Positions 25,674-39,962 of a stretch of DNA of 64,000 nt are shown here, piece after piece. The DNA lies in NCBI GenBank assembly GCA_964016885.1, contig OZ024743.1, forward strand, positions 316,634,001 to 316,698,000. The letters are read 5' to 3'. A model generated the notes under the pieces. The model was not told the DNA's origin. It saw nothing but the letters and a program-made list of their open reading frames with translations, and did no database searches. This DNA comes from Eledone cirrhosa. Lineage: Eukaryota. The translations under genes and the position numbers were made by a program. Position 1 is the stretch's first letter; every line of letters begins with the position of its first letter.

Positions 25674-28600
25674 ATGTTTATTGTTATAGTTATAGTTATA
25701 ATGTTTATTGCTATAGTGATAATGTTTATTGTTATAGTTATAATGTTTATTGCTATAGTGATAATGTTTATTGCTATAGTGATAATGTTTGTTGCTATAG
25801 TGATAATGATTATTGCTATAGTGATAATGTTTGTTGCTATAGTGATAATGTTTATTGTTATAGTGATAATGTTTATTGCTATAGTGATAATGTTTGTTGC
25901 TATAGTGATAATGTTTGTTGCTATAGTGATAATGTTTGTTGCTATAGTGATAATCTTTATTGCTATAGTGATAATGTTTATTGCTATAGTGATAATGTTT
26001 GTTGCTATAGTGATAATGTTTGTTGCTATAGTGATAATGTTTGTTGCTATAGTGATAATCTTTATTGCTATAGTGATAATCTTTGTTGCTATAGTGATAA
26101 TCTTTGTTGCTATAGTGATAATCTTTGTTGCTGTAGTGATAATCTTTGTTGCTGTAGTGATAATCTTTATTGTTATACTGATAATGTTTGTTGTTCTACA
26201 GATAATGTTCATCATTATAGAGGTGTTTGTTGCTATAGTGATAATGTTCATTGCTATAGTGATAATGTTCATTGCTATAGTGATAATGTTCATTGCTATA
26301 GTGATAATGTTCATTGCTATAGTGATAATGTTTATTGCTATAGTGATAATGTTTATTGCTATAGTGATAATGTTCATTGCTATAGTGATAATGTTTATTG
26401 CTATAGTGATAATGTTTATTGCTATAGTGATAATGTTCATTGCTATAGTGATAATGTTTATTGCTATAGTGATAATGTTCATTGCTATAGTGATAATGTT
26501 TATTGCTATAGTGATAATGTTCATTGCTATAGTGATAATGTTCATTGCTAGAGTGATAATGTTTATTGCTAGAGTGATAATGTTTATTGCTATAGTGATA
26601 ATGTTCATTGCTATAGTGATAATGTTCATTGCTATAGTGATAATGTTCATTGCTATAGTGATAATGTTTATTGCTATAGTGATAATGTTTATTGCTATAG
26701 TGATAATGTTCATTGCTATAGTGATAATGTTTATTGCTATAGTGATAATGTTCATTGCTATAGTGATAATGTTTATTGCTATAGTGATAATGTTCATTGC
26801 TATAGTGATAATGTTTATTGCTATAGTGATAATGTTTATTGCTATAGTGATAATGTTTATTGCTATAGTGATAATGTTCATTGCTATAGTGATAATGTTT
26901 ATTGCTATAGTGATAATGTTCATTGCTATAGTGATAATGTTCATTGCTATAGTGATAATGTTTATTGCTATAGTGATAATGTTTATTGCTATAGTGATAA
27001 TGTTTATTGCTATAGTGATAATGTTCATTGCTATAGTGATAATGTTCATTGCTATAGTGATAATGTTTATTGCTATAGTGATAATGTTTATTGCTATAGT
27101 GATAATGTTTATTGCTATAGTGATAATGTTTATTGCTATAGTGATAATGTTTATTGCTATAGTGATAATGTTCATAGCTATAGTGATAATGTTCATTGCT
27201 ATAGTGATAATGTTCATTGCTATAGTGATAATGTTTATTGCTATAGTGATAATGTTCATTGCTATAGTGATAATGTTTATTGTTATAGTGATAAAGTTTA
27301 TTGCTATAGTGATAATGTTTATTGCTATAGTGATAATGTTTATTGCTATAGTGATAATGTTTATTGCTATAGTGATAATGTTCATTGCTATAGTGATATT
27401 GTTTATTGTTATAGTGATAATGTTCATTGCTATAGTGATAATGTTTATTGCTATAGTGATAATGTTCATTGCTATAGTGATAATGTTTGTTGCTATAGTG
27501 ATGTTTATTGCTATAGTGATAATGTTCATTGCTATAGTGATAATGTTCATTGCTATAGTGATAATGTTTATTGCTATAGTGATAATGTTCATTGCTATAG
27601 TGATAATGTTCATTGCTATAGTGATAATGTTCATTGCTATAGTGATAATGTTCCTTGCTATAGTTATAATGTTTATTGCTATAGTGATAATGTTTATTGC
27701 TATAGTGATAATGTTCATTGCTATAGTGATAATGTTTATTGCTATAGTGATAATGTTCATTGCTATAGTGATAATGTTTATTGCTATAGTGATAATGTTC
27801 ATTGCTATAGTGATAATGTTCATTGCTATAGTGATAATGTTCATTGCTATAGTGATAATGTTTATTGCTATAGTGATAATGTTTATTGCTATAGTGATAA
27901 TGTTCATTGCTATAGTGATAATGTTTATTGCTATAGTGATAATGTTTATTGCTATAGTGATAATGTTCATTGCTATAGTGATAATGTTTATTGCTATAGT
28001 GATAATGTTTATTGCTATAATGTTCATTGCTATAGTGATAATGTTCATTGCTATAGTGATAATGTTCATTGCTATAGTGATAATGTTTATTGCTATAGTG
28101 ATAATGTTCATTGCTATAGTGATAATGTTTATTGCTATAGTGATAATGTTCATTGCTATAGTGATAATGTTCCTTGCTATAGTTATAATGTTTATTGCTA
28201 TAGTGATAATGTTTATTGCTATAGTGATAATGTTTATTACTATAGTGATAATGTTCATTGCTATAGTGATAATGTTTATTGCTATAGTGATAATGTTCAT
28301 TGCTATAGTGATAATGTTCATTGCTATAGTGATAATGTTCATTGCTATAGTGATAATGTTTATTGCTATAGTGATAATGTTTATTGCTATAGTGATAATG
28401 TTCATTGCTATAGTGATAATGTTTATTGCTATAGTGATAATGTTTATTGCTATAGTGATAAGGTTCATTGCTATAGTGATAATGTTTATTGTTATAGTGA
28501 TAATGTTTATTGCTATAGTGATAATGTTCATTGCTATAGTGATAATGTTTATTGCTATAGTGATAATGTTCATTGCTATAGTGATAATGTTCATTGCTAT

Positions 28601-29925
28601 AGTGATAATGTTTATTGCTATAGTGATAATGTTCATTGCTATAGTGATAATGTTTATTGTTATAGTGATAAAGTTTATTGCTATAGTGATAATGTTTATT
28701 GCTATAGTGATAATGTTTATTGCTATAGTGATAATGTTTATTGCTATAGTGATAATGTTCATTGCTATAGTGATATTGTTTATTGTTATAGTGATAATGT
28801 TCATTGCTATAGTGATAATGTTTATTGCTATAGTGATAATGTTCATTGCTATAGTGATAATGTTTGTTGCTATAGTGATGTTTATTGCTATAGTGATGTT
28901 TATTGCTATAGTGATAATGTTCATTGCTATAGTGATAATGTTCATTGCTATAGTGATAATGTTTATTGCTATAGTGATAATGTTTATTGCTATAGTGATA
29001 ATGTTCATTGCTATAGTGATAATGTTCATTGCTATAGTAATAATGTTTATTGCTATAGTGATAATGTTCATTTCTATAGTGATAATGTTCATTGCTATAG
29101 TGATAATGTTTATTGCTATAGTGATAATGTTTATTGCTATAGTGATAATGTTTATTGCTATAGTGATAATGTTCATTGCTATAGTGATAATGTTCATTGG
29201 TATAGTGATAATGTTCATTGCTATAGTGATAATGTTTATTGCTATAGTGATAATGTTCATTGCTATAGTGATAATGTTTATTGCTATAGTGATAATGTTC
29301 ATTGCTATAGTGATAATGTTCATTGCTATAGTGATAATGTTCATTGCTATAGTGATAATGTTCATTGGTATAGTGATAATGTTCATTGCTATAGTGATAA
29401 TGTTTATTGCTATAGTGATAATGTTCATTGCTATAGTGATAATGTTTATCATTATAGTTATAATTGTTTCTACTTTTGGCACCAGGCCAGCAATTATCCC
29501 AGTGTATTACTGGTGCTTTATTTTATTGACCCCGTAAGGATGAAAGGCAAAGTTAACCTCGGCGGGATTTGAACTCAGATCATAAAGGGAGGTAACTCTA
29601 TGCTTCAAAGCATGGCGCCTGACCTTCTACCGATACTGCCAATCCACCGCCCATCATTATAGTGATAATGTTAGTTCGTATAGTGATAATGTTTATGATT
29701 ATAGTGATAATGTTTGTTGCTATAGTGATAATGTTTATCATTATAGTGTTAATGTTTGTTGCTATAGTGATGTTTGTTGCTACAGTGATAATATGTATTG
29801 CTATAGTGATAATGTTTATCACTATATTGATAATGTTCATTGCTATAGTGATAATGTTTATCACTACATTGATAATGTTTGTATTTATAGTGATGTTTAT
29901 TGTTAAGGTAATAATGTTTATTATT
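25674..29925. repeat. 21-bp minisatellite (GTGATAATGTTYATTGCTATA)n, ~180 homogeneous units plus degenerate edges
   Basis: Direct reading of the array; interrupted by a SINE at 29462-29653. Confidence 0.97.
29462..29653 (-). mobile_element. Meta-domain SINE inserted in the minisatellite
   Basis: Full SINE on -, flanked by the direct repeat ATCATTATAGT(T/G)ATAAT. Confidence 0.85.
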
Positions 29926-31714
29926 AAATGTTGATGTTGAGTGAGGAGGAAGTTAATGGTAAAAAGTACGTCCCCTCATGTGAATATATTTTACTCCAAT
30001 GTTTTCTGCTTGCTTTGACCTTTTTTTGAGATCCCTCCTTAGCTCCTTTGTTTTGTTCCTTTTTAAATATCCCTTCATAGTTTCCTTCTTTTGTATCATT
30101 ATTTGTTGACCCTATTTTAACTTCCTTTTTTTGTTGCTTTATTATTTGTGGACCTTTCCCTAACCAATGGTATTGTTTGATATTATCTCATTTTTTGAAT
30201 GCTTATATCACATTGTATGAATTTGCTGTTTCTGCATGCATGTATGTTTATATCTTTTTCTTTTTCAATTGTTATGTTGCTGATTCTTACATTGTTACAT
30301 GCATTGAGTAGGAAATTTTAACTTTTTGTGACCATATTCCTAATATATTTGAATTAATTGATGAAGAATTTTGGAAGATTTTCTAAAATGATTATTTTAT
30401 TATTAAGATGGTATTTGTAGCATAACATAACAAATGGTTCTTATATCAAACTATCTTCAGAGGTTTTAATTTAAATAAGAACTCTTTGAAATAGGTGGCT
30501 TAGTTTGATAGAACCGGGGTCAGTTTTAGGGGTGGTGGTGGTATCAGTAAGATTAATGAATTAATTAATATAGAATTTAGAAGTATTTACTAAAATTATT
30601 AATTATTACATTATTAAAATGCTATTTTTAACATAACATATCAAATAGGTCTTATATCAAACTATGTTTTAATTTAAATAGCAACCCTTTAAAATCGGTG
30701 GTTTTGTTTGATAGACCCAGAAGCATTTACAATAACGAGTATTCTAATTGTTTCATCAATGGAACAACCTGGTCCTGTAAGCAACATGCAAGGGACTGAG
30801 TATTCCACAGACATGTGTATTCTTAACATAATCTTCTGGGAGATTCAGCATGACACATTGTGTGACAAGGCTGGCCTTTTGAATTACAGGTACAACACAA
30901 TTTTGTTAACTGAGTAGACAGGATCGACGTAAAATAAAGTGTCTTGCTCAAGGACATAATACATCACCAAGAATTGAACTCATAACCTTATGATTTGGAG
31001 CCAAACGTCCCTAACCACTTAGCCACATGCTTTTATTTTTATTATTAAATATAAGGGAAAGTGGTGGATTAACAAAATTGTTACAGTCAGATAAAATGCT
31101 TTGTGGTATTTAATTAAGGCTCTTTATGTTCTGAATTCAAACTCCACTGAGGTCAACTTTGCCTTCCGAGATTGATATAATAGAGTACCAGTCACGTTCT
31201 GGACTCAATATAATCAACTTTCCCTTTCCTCTAAATTGTTAACTTCTTACCAAAATTATGTGTTGTGATAGAATTGATGCCTGTTGTCTATAATTACTAT
31301 TTGGGAATCAACTGAATAGAAAGGTTTGTACTGAGAGGAATAGAATGTACATGTTACAAAGATCTGATGTTTCATCTATGTGAAATAAAACCAAAAATTG
31401 ATAATAAATACAATGGATATGCAATGTAAACCTCTAAATTGTATTATGTTCTCTTTTTAACATTTACTAATCTGCACGTTTCCAAGTTTCTGCTTTAATA
31501 TTGAAATTAATTGCCTGTATGTGTCTTCCAGTAACTTTTAGTAACAGACAGTTCAATATATTAACCTAAAATCAGCTTAAATATATGTCTTTCTTACAGT
31601 AACTTTTAGTAATAGCTAGTTCAATATATTAACCTAAAGTAAGCTTAAATATATAACTTTCTTCCAGTAACTTAGTAATAGACAATTCAATATATTAACC
31701 TAAAGTCAGCTTAA

Positions 31715-31933
31715 CCCTTTAGCATTTAAACCGGCCATATCCGGCCAGAACTCTCTCACCTCTTTCTGTTCAAAATGGCTGTAACTGGCCTCTCATGCTG
31801 ACGTTAAAGTATTGTTCTCAAAATAAATAGCATCAAAATCTCATAGATTCGATATTATGAAATAATTATGTAAGACAAAGCCTTTACTACAAAAATACAA
31901 TAATATATATAGAGTAATGTAAATGCTAAAGGG
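31715..31933 (+). mobile_element. TTAA MITE inserted in a short tandem repeat
   Basis: Sits at the TTAA of a ~70-bp repeat unit (31525-32010). Sibling units show the empty site CAGCTTAAATA, confirming a TTAA duplication. Confidence 0.9.
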
Positions 31934-32929
31934 TTAAATATATATCTTTTTTACAGTAACTTTTAATAATAGACAGTTCAATATATTAACCTAAAGTCAG
32001 CTTAAATAACTGAAAAGGCTTATCAGAAGATTTCTGTTTGATAGGAAAGGGTTCCATTTTGGTCATGACTGGCTGGCCATTTTGGTCATGACTGGCTGAG
32101 GTTCAAGCTTGGACAAGATGTTTTTGTAGAAGACCAGCAGTCACCCATGCAGGCCAGTCTCTCTTATCAACAACATTGACATTGTCTAAGGAAAAGGCAA
32201 ATGCTGATGCAGCTTAGTACCAATGTTGTCACAACTTATATATACACTACATAGTCCAAGGTAAAGGCAAAAGCCAATATAGCTTGTCAGCAGTGTTTTC
32301 ATAACCCATATATATACTATATAGGCAAAAGCTGATATAGTTTGGTATCAGTGGACTGGAGCATTGTGAAATAAAGTGTCTTATTCAAGGACACAATGTG
32401 TTGCCCAGTTTCGGAATTGAACCCTCAACCTTACAATCACTAGCCTCACACCTTCACATACTTCATAATGACCAAATAGTTTTGGTTTTATATTTTATTT
32501 ATTGTATTTTACACTGATATTGCAACTGAATCTCCCTGAGTAGTTATTGGAATTCCATTGTTTCCAACAACAAGTGCTCGGTTTGATTCAGTTAACAAAA
32601 GAAATACCTGCTTGTGAAATTAATGTGTAAGTGGCTGAGCATTCTACAAACACATGCTACCTTAACATAGTTCTCAGGGAGATTCAGCTTAACACAATGT
32701 AAGACAAGGCTGACTCTTCGAATTACAAGCACAACTAATTTTTACCAGCTGAATGGACTAAAGTAATTCTTGCTCAAGGATACAGTGCACTGCCCTGACT
32801 GAGAATCAAACTGATCACCTTGTGAGTCCAACACCCAAGGCTCCACTCACCTTTACTTCTGAGTAAGAGTGAATACTTGATAATAACCAAGTATTTTGAG
32901 TTGTATATCTTTAGTGTATTTAATGTGTA

Positions 32930-35900
32930 TTGTACTGAGGGTTACTGTAGTTAGCTCTATTGAGTAGCCCTGGTCAGTACTGCTCTACCAGATACTGTAC
33001 TGAGGGTTACTATAGTTAGCTCTATTGAGTAGCCATGGTCAGTACTGCTCTACCAGATACTGTACTGAGGGTTACTGTAGTTAGCTCTATTGAGTAGCCC
33101 TGGTCAGTACTGCTCTACCAGATACTGTACTGAGGGTTACTGTAGTTAGCTCTATTGAGTAGCCATGGTCAGTACTGCTCTACCAGATACTGTACTGAGG
33201 GTTACTATAGTTAGCTCTATTGAGTAGCCATGGTCAGTACTGCTCTACCAGATATTATACTGAGGGTTACTGTAGTTAGCTCTATTGAGTAGCCATGGTC
33301 AGTACTGCTCTACCAGATACTGTACTGAGGGTTACTGTAGTTAGCTGTATTGAGTAGCCATGGTCAGTACTGTTCTACCAGATATTATACTGAGGGTTAC
33401 TGTAGTTAGCTCTATTGAGTAGCCCTGGTCAGTACTGCTCTACCAGATACTGTACTGAGGGTTACTGTAGTTAGCTCTATTGAGTAGCCATGGTCAGTAC
33501 TGCTCTACCAGATACTGTACTGAGGGTTACTATAGTTAGCTCTATTGAGTAGCCATGGTCAGTACTGCTCTACCAGATATTATACTGAGGGTTACTGTAG
33601 TTAGCTCTATTGAGTAGCCATGGTCAGTACTGCTCTACCAGATACTGTACTGAGGGTTACTGTAGTTAGCTGTATTGAGTAGCCATGGTCAGTACTGTTC
33701 TACCAGATATTATACTGAGGGTTACTGTAGTTAGCTCTATTGAGTAGCCGTGGTCAGTACTGCTCTACCAGATATTATACTGAGGGTTCCTGTAGTTAGC
33801 TCTATTGAGTAGCCATGGTTAGTACTACTCTACCAGATACTGTACTGAGGGTTACTGTAGTTAGCTCTATTGAGTAGCCGTGGTCAGTACTGCTCTACCA
33901 GATATTGTACTGAGGGTTCCTGTAGTTATCTCTATTGAGTAGCCATGGTCAGTACTGCTCTACCAGATACTGTACTGAGGGTTACTGTAGTTAGCTCTAT
34001 TGAGTAGCCATGGTCAGTACTGCTCTACCAGATACTGTACTGAGGGTTCCTGTAGTTAGCTGTATTGAGTAGCCATGGTCAGTACTGCTCTACCAGATAC
34101 TGTACTGAGGGTTCCTGTAGTTAGCTGTATTGAGTAGCCATGGTCAGTACTGCTCTACCAGGTATTGTACTGAGGGTTACTGTAGTTAGCTCTATTGAGT
34201 AGCCATGGTCAGTACTACTCTACCAGATACTGTACTGAGGGTTACTGTAGTTAGCTCTATTGAGTAGCCATGGTCAGTACTGCTCTACCAGATACTGTAC
34301 TGAGGGTTACTGTAGTTAGCTCTATTGAGTAGCCATGGTCAGTACTACTCTACCAGATACTGTACTGAGGGTTCCTGTAGTTAGCTGTATTGAGTAGCCA
34401 TGGTCAGTACTGCTCTACCAGGTATTGTACTGAGGGTTACTGTAGTTAGCTCTATTGAGTAGCCATGGTCAGTACTGCTCTACCAGATACTGTACTGAGG
34501 GTTACTGTAGTTAGCTCTATTGAGTAGCCATGGTCAGTACTACTCTACCAGATACTGTACTGAGGGTTACTGTAGTTAGTTCTATTGAGTAGCCATGGTC
34601 AGTACTGCTCTACCAGATACTGTACTGAGGGTTACTGTAGTTAGCTCTATTGAGTAGCCATGGTCAGTACTGCTCTACCAGATACTGTACTGAGGGTTAC
34701 TGTAGTTAGCTCTATTGAGTAGCCATGGTCAGTACTGCTCTACCAGATACTGTACTGAGGGTTACTGTAGTTAGCTCTATTGAGTAGCCATGGTCAGTAC
34801 TGCTCTACCAGATACTGTACTGAGGGTTACTGTAGTTAGCTCTATTGAGTAGCCATGGTCAGTACTGCTCTACCAGATACTGTACTGAGGGTTACTGTAG
34901 TTAGCTCTATTGAGTAGCCATGGTCAGTACTGCTCTACCAGATACTGTACTGAGGGTTACTGTAGTTAGCTCTATTGAGTAGCCATGGTCAGTACTGCTC
35001 TACCAGATACTGTACTGAGGGTTACTGTAGTTAGCTCTATTGAGTAGCCATGGTCAGTACTGCTCTACCAGATACTGTACTGAGGGTTACTGTAGTTAGC
35101 TCTATTGAGTAGCCATGGTCAGTACTGCTCTACCAGATACTGTACTGAGGGTTACTGTAGTTAGCTCTATTGGGTAGCCGTGGTCAGTACTGCTCTACCA
35201 GATACTGTACTGAGGGTTACTGTAGTTAGCTCTATTGAGTAGCCGTGGTCAGTACTTCTCTACCAGATACTGTACTGAGGGTTACTGTAGTTAGCTCTAT
35301 TGAGTAGCCATGGTCAGTACTGCTCTACCAGATACTGTACTGAGGGTTACTGTAGTTAGCTCTATTGAGTAGCCATGGTCAGTACTGCTCTACCAGATAC
35401 TGTACTGAGGGTTACTGTAGTTAGCTCTATTGAGTAGCCGTGGTCAGTACTGCTCTACCAGATACTGTACTGAGGGTTACTGTAGTTAGCTCTATTGAGT
35501 AGCCATGGTCAGTACTGCTCTACCAGATACTGTACTGAGGGTTACTGTAGTTAGCTCTATTGAGTAGCCGTGGTCAGTACTGCTCTACCAGATATTGTAC
35601 TGAGGGTTACTGTAGTTAGCTCTATTGAGTAGCCGTGGTCAGTACTGCTCTACCAGATACTGTACTGAGGGTTACTGTAGTTAGCTCTATTGAGTAGCCG
35701 TGGTCAGTACTGCTCTACCAGATACTGTACTGAGGGTTACTGTAGTTAGCTCTATTGAGTAGCCATGGTCAGTACTGCTCTACCAGATACTGTACTGAGG
35801 GTTACTGTAGTTAGCTCTATTGAGTAGCCGTGGTCAGTACTGCTCTACCAGATATTGTACTGAGGGTTACTGTAGTTAGCTCTATTGAGTAGCCGTGGTC

Positions 35901-37370
35901 AGTACTGCTCTACCAGATACTGTACTGAGGGTTACTGTAGTTAGCTCTATTGAGTAGCCATGGTCAGTACTGCTCTACCAGATACTGTACTGAGGGTTAC
36001 TGTAGTTAGCTCTATTGAGTAGCCGTGGTCAGTACTGCTCTACCAGATATTGTACTGAGGGTTACTGTAGTTAGCTCTATTGAGTAGCCATGGTCAGTAC
36101 TACTCTACCAGATACTGTACTAAGGGTTACTGTAGTTAGCTCTATTGAGTAGCCATGGTCAGTACTGCTCTACCAGATACTGTACTGAGGGTTACTGTAG
36201 TTAGCTCTATTGAGTAGCCGTGGTCAGTACTACTCTACCAGATATTGTACTGAGGGTTACTGTAGTTAGCTCTATTGAGTATCCATGGTCAGTACTACTC
36301 TACCAGATATTATACTGAGGGTTCCTGTAGTTAGCTCTATTGAGTAGCCATGGTCAGTACTGCTCTACCAGATACTGTACTGAGGGTTACTGTAGTTAGC
36401 TCTATTGAGTAGCCGTGGTCAGTACTACTCTACCAGATATTGTACTGAGGGTTACTGTAGTTAGCTCTATTGAGTAGCCGTGGTCAGTACTGCTCTACCA
36501 GATATTGTACTGAGGGTTCCTGTAGTTAGCTCTATTGAGTAGCCATGGTCAGTACTGCTCTACCAGATATTGTACTGAGGGTTACTGTAGTTAGCTCTAT
36601 TGAGTAGCCATGGTCAGTACTGCTCTATCAGATACTGTACTGAGGGTTCCTGTAGTTAGCTGTATTGCGTAGCCATGGTCAGTACTGCTCTACCAGATAT
36701 TATACTGAGGGTTCCTGTAGTTATCTCTATTGAGTAGCCATGGTCAGTACTACTCTACCAGATACTGTACTGAGGGTTACTGTAGTTAGCTCTATTGAGT
36801 AGCCATGGTCAGTACTGCTCTACCAGATACTGTACTGAGGGTTACTGTAGTTAGCTCTATTGAGTGGCCGTGGTCAGTACTACTCTACCAGATATTATAC
36901 TGAGGGTTACTGTAGTTAGCTCTATTGAGTAGCCATGGTCAGTACTGCTCTACCAGATACTGTACTGAGGGTTACTGTAGTTAGCTGTATTGAGTAGCCA
37001 TGGTCAGTACTGCTCTACCAGATACTGTACTGAGGGTTACTGTAGTTAGCTCTATTGAGTAGCCATGGTCAGTACTGCTCTACCAGATACTGTACTGAGG
37101 GTTACTGTAGTTAGCTCTATTGAGTAGCCATGGTCAGTACTGCTCTACCAGATATTATACTGAGGGTTACTGTAGTTAGCTGTATTGCGTAGCCGTGGTC
37201 AGTACTGCTCTACCAGATACTGTACTGAGGGTTACTGTAGTTAGCTCTATTGAGTGGTCGTGGTCAGCATTGCTCAACCAGATATTATAATGAGGGTTAC
37301 TGTAGTTAGCTCTATTAAGTGGCTGTGGTCAGCATTGCTCAACCAGATATTATACCAAGGTGTTACTGTA
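32930..37370. repeat. 65-bp tandem repeat, ~68 copies
   Basis: Unit TGTACTGAGGGTTACTGTAGTTAGCTCTATTGAGTAGCCATGGTCAGTACTGCTCTACCAGATAC; starts at 33061, 33126 and 33191 confirm the period. Confidence 0.97.
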
Positions 37371-37724
37371 ATTAAATAATTGTATAAGGTTTGCTTAATT
37401 TTGTCTCCAAACCCAAACATGTATGATCAAGCTGAAATGTCCTTCATCATAGGTTTCCTTAATTCTGCATCCAAACCCCAAAATAGATGGATAGTCAGAG
37501 TAAGAATGTGCTTCATCATAGGTTTACTTAATTTTGCATCCAAACCCTACTCATTCAATATTCAGAACTACCATAACCAAAAGTAAATATTTACTTCCCA
37601 CAATAGAAGTGCAATAGCATGGCTAGAACACTAACTGAATGAAGAATTCCTACTCAGTTTCTGAGAGGTTATTGGATTACCTGCTTAATCCAGTCATGGG
37701 TGGAAGATATATATATATATATAT

Positions 37725-38320
37725 ATAATTATCATTTTCATGCTGGCATGGGTTGGATAGGTCTTGTCTAGCACTGCATATCTTTACTTATTAAAATCAC
37801 TTATCTGTTTTGTAAGGTTCAACATCCTTAGAGCAACTCTTACATCTTTCTTGGTCTTTCTATTATTCTTCAAATTCTATCCATATGGTTCACTTCACAC
37901 TTCTTCACCTAATTCTTATCTTCCATATACATAATATATCTAAATCAATACACTCTTCTCTCCCTCGTGCTATTCATGATTTCTCTAATATCTTTTATCT
38001 TTATTTTCTTCTCTCTGCTACATTGTTCAAGCACACTAACATTACACATGTATATTTGCCTCATTTCTTTCCAACCTTTTGCACATCCATCACATTCACT
38101 AGCAACATCTTGATATCATGTAGTGTTACCAACTACACTTTACATAAAAAACATCTTACAACATTACCTTTCAATTGAAGAGAGAAAATCTTTGTTACCA
38201 ACAGAGGTAATACATAAGTTCTCTGAAACTCTTTCACCCCTTCCTAACTCTGGCTACCATACTAACACAAAACCACCAGCCTCACTGGTGATTTAGTCAC
38301 TTAAGTAATCAAAGTTATCT
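37725..38320 (-). mobile_element. Old degenerate RTE fragment
   Basis: Aligns by eye with 5170-5215 and 5700-6105 (CATGGGTTGGA tail motif; CCTAACTCTGGCTAC..CCACCA). Confidence 0.55.
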
Positions 38321-38508
38321 TCAAAAAGGTGTTTTGGTCAGTTAAAAGACTGCATTTCATGGGTGTTCTTACTGTTAACTATTCCTATATATTTGTTACA
38401 CTTGTAGTTCTTCATCTCTGGAAATAACAGTAGAGTTCTCTTTTCTTTCTTGCTTTCTAAAATTTCTTTTTTTACAAGCTAACCTTTAAGTCTCTCATTA
38501 TATATATA

Positions 38509-39780
38509 CTAGCGGCCTCCCGGCCTTCACCTGATCTGTTCTTTGCTCAAATCTATTCATAAAGCACCTATTGGCATCTATTGCAATGCTAATTTCCTGT
38601 AAAATAAAAGAGGTTAAAAAGTATTTAAATATTGCATAACATAATTTTAAAAATTTATTTTGTATATCTGAATACAGAAAGTAATAAAGATAATAATAGA
38701 AAAATATATTTTACAAAGTATAAAACATTTACAGAACTTCAGTGTATACAATATTTTTAACTTTTTTCTTTGGAGCATATATGAAGAGTTTGTGGGGTCT
38801 TCATAGTTTGGAATAACCCACATACAATTGACCTTGTGAGAAACAACCCTCTTCTAGATGGAGACTGACAACCTCCAGTGTTTGACCTTGGGACTTGTTA
38901 ATGGTCATTGCGTCACTGACTCTCACTGGGAATTGCAATCGTTTGAAATAAAAAGGGACATCTATTGGTATTAGCAGCATTCTAGGTATAGATACAATGA
39001 CTCCCTTACCACATCCACTGACGATTTTGGCTTTGATAATGTGAGGCTATAGTTCAGTTACAACCATACGTGTCCCATTTCACAATCATGGCTGATCCAG
39101 GTTTCTGAGAAGCATGATGTCTGTGCCCTTCTTCAACTCAAGGTTGTGTGGCAGCATATCACTTGGTTCTGGACTGTTGAGAAATTTAATGGGATAATGA
39201 ACAGATTTATAGGTCTGACTACCTTCAGGGATCATTTGTGAGAGATTTTTGTTGATGGCGTTCACTGAGATGTATTTTGGGGCAAGGATTGCTCTTTCAT
39301 ACAGCCACTCCTCATTGAAATGATGGATTTCAAAATTGGGGAATACTTGATTAAGTTTAAAACGCTTTCCACAACAATCCAAATTATGAAGGACCAAAAC
39401 ATCCTTCAGCTTCAAGAGATTGCTTTTCTATAAATTTAAACAGCTAAGAGATGCTTATCTGTAACTCCCTGGGTCTACCTCCCTCCCTACCTTTTTTTTT
39501 GAAAAAATGAGTCATTGGTGAGTCAGAGGACAGATCGGTCAAAAACAAAACAAAAAATAATAATAAAAAATTCACCCCGAAGAACTCTCCTAGGCTGGGA
39601 AAATCCGAGGGTCCTCCCACCTTGCACCCTACCCCATTCCATTTTTAGAGAAAAAATAGATTGCAAGCATGTTGGAGGTCAGATTAGTTGAAAACACAAA
39701 AAACTTTAATTATTACCAATTTTATTTAGTGTTATTAGCGGTCAACATACAAACAAAATTCCTTTTTATTAGTATTATAT
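38509..39780 (-). mobile_element. Helitron deletion derivative with a decayed PIF1-like helicase C-terminus
   Basis: Encodes WLYERAILAP..PHNLELKKG..IMLLRNL and RLQFPV..MTINKSQGQTL..CFS.GQLYV. GC-rich hairpin remnant plus CTAG at 38509-38512; 5' end TAATACTAATAAAAAGG near 39780. Confidence 0.88.
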
Positions 39781-39924
39781 ATATATTTCTTCTTTAATTT
39801 CTCCTATTTTCTGATGAAGGACTAGCATCTGAAAGGTTAAGACTTTTCCTACTATATTAAATGTGAAACATATATATATATTTATTGTACTTCATGATCT
39901 GTCATGTATTTTCCATTTACTTTT

Positions 39925-39962
<38 letters not shown>

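Noticed and set aside
25602-29537. 1311-aa (+) and 1281-aa (-) ORFs
   Set aside because: A 21-bp unit with no stop in one frame per strand gives (IVIMFIA)n and (NIITIAI)n automatically; the + ORF ends in a SINE and has no domain content.
32930-37370. CRISPR-like or ribozyme array
   Set aside because: Units are head-to-tail with no unique spacers, the context is eukaryotic, and I could not fit a CUGANGA/GAAA or twister core on either strand.
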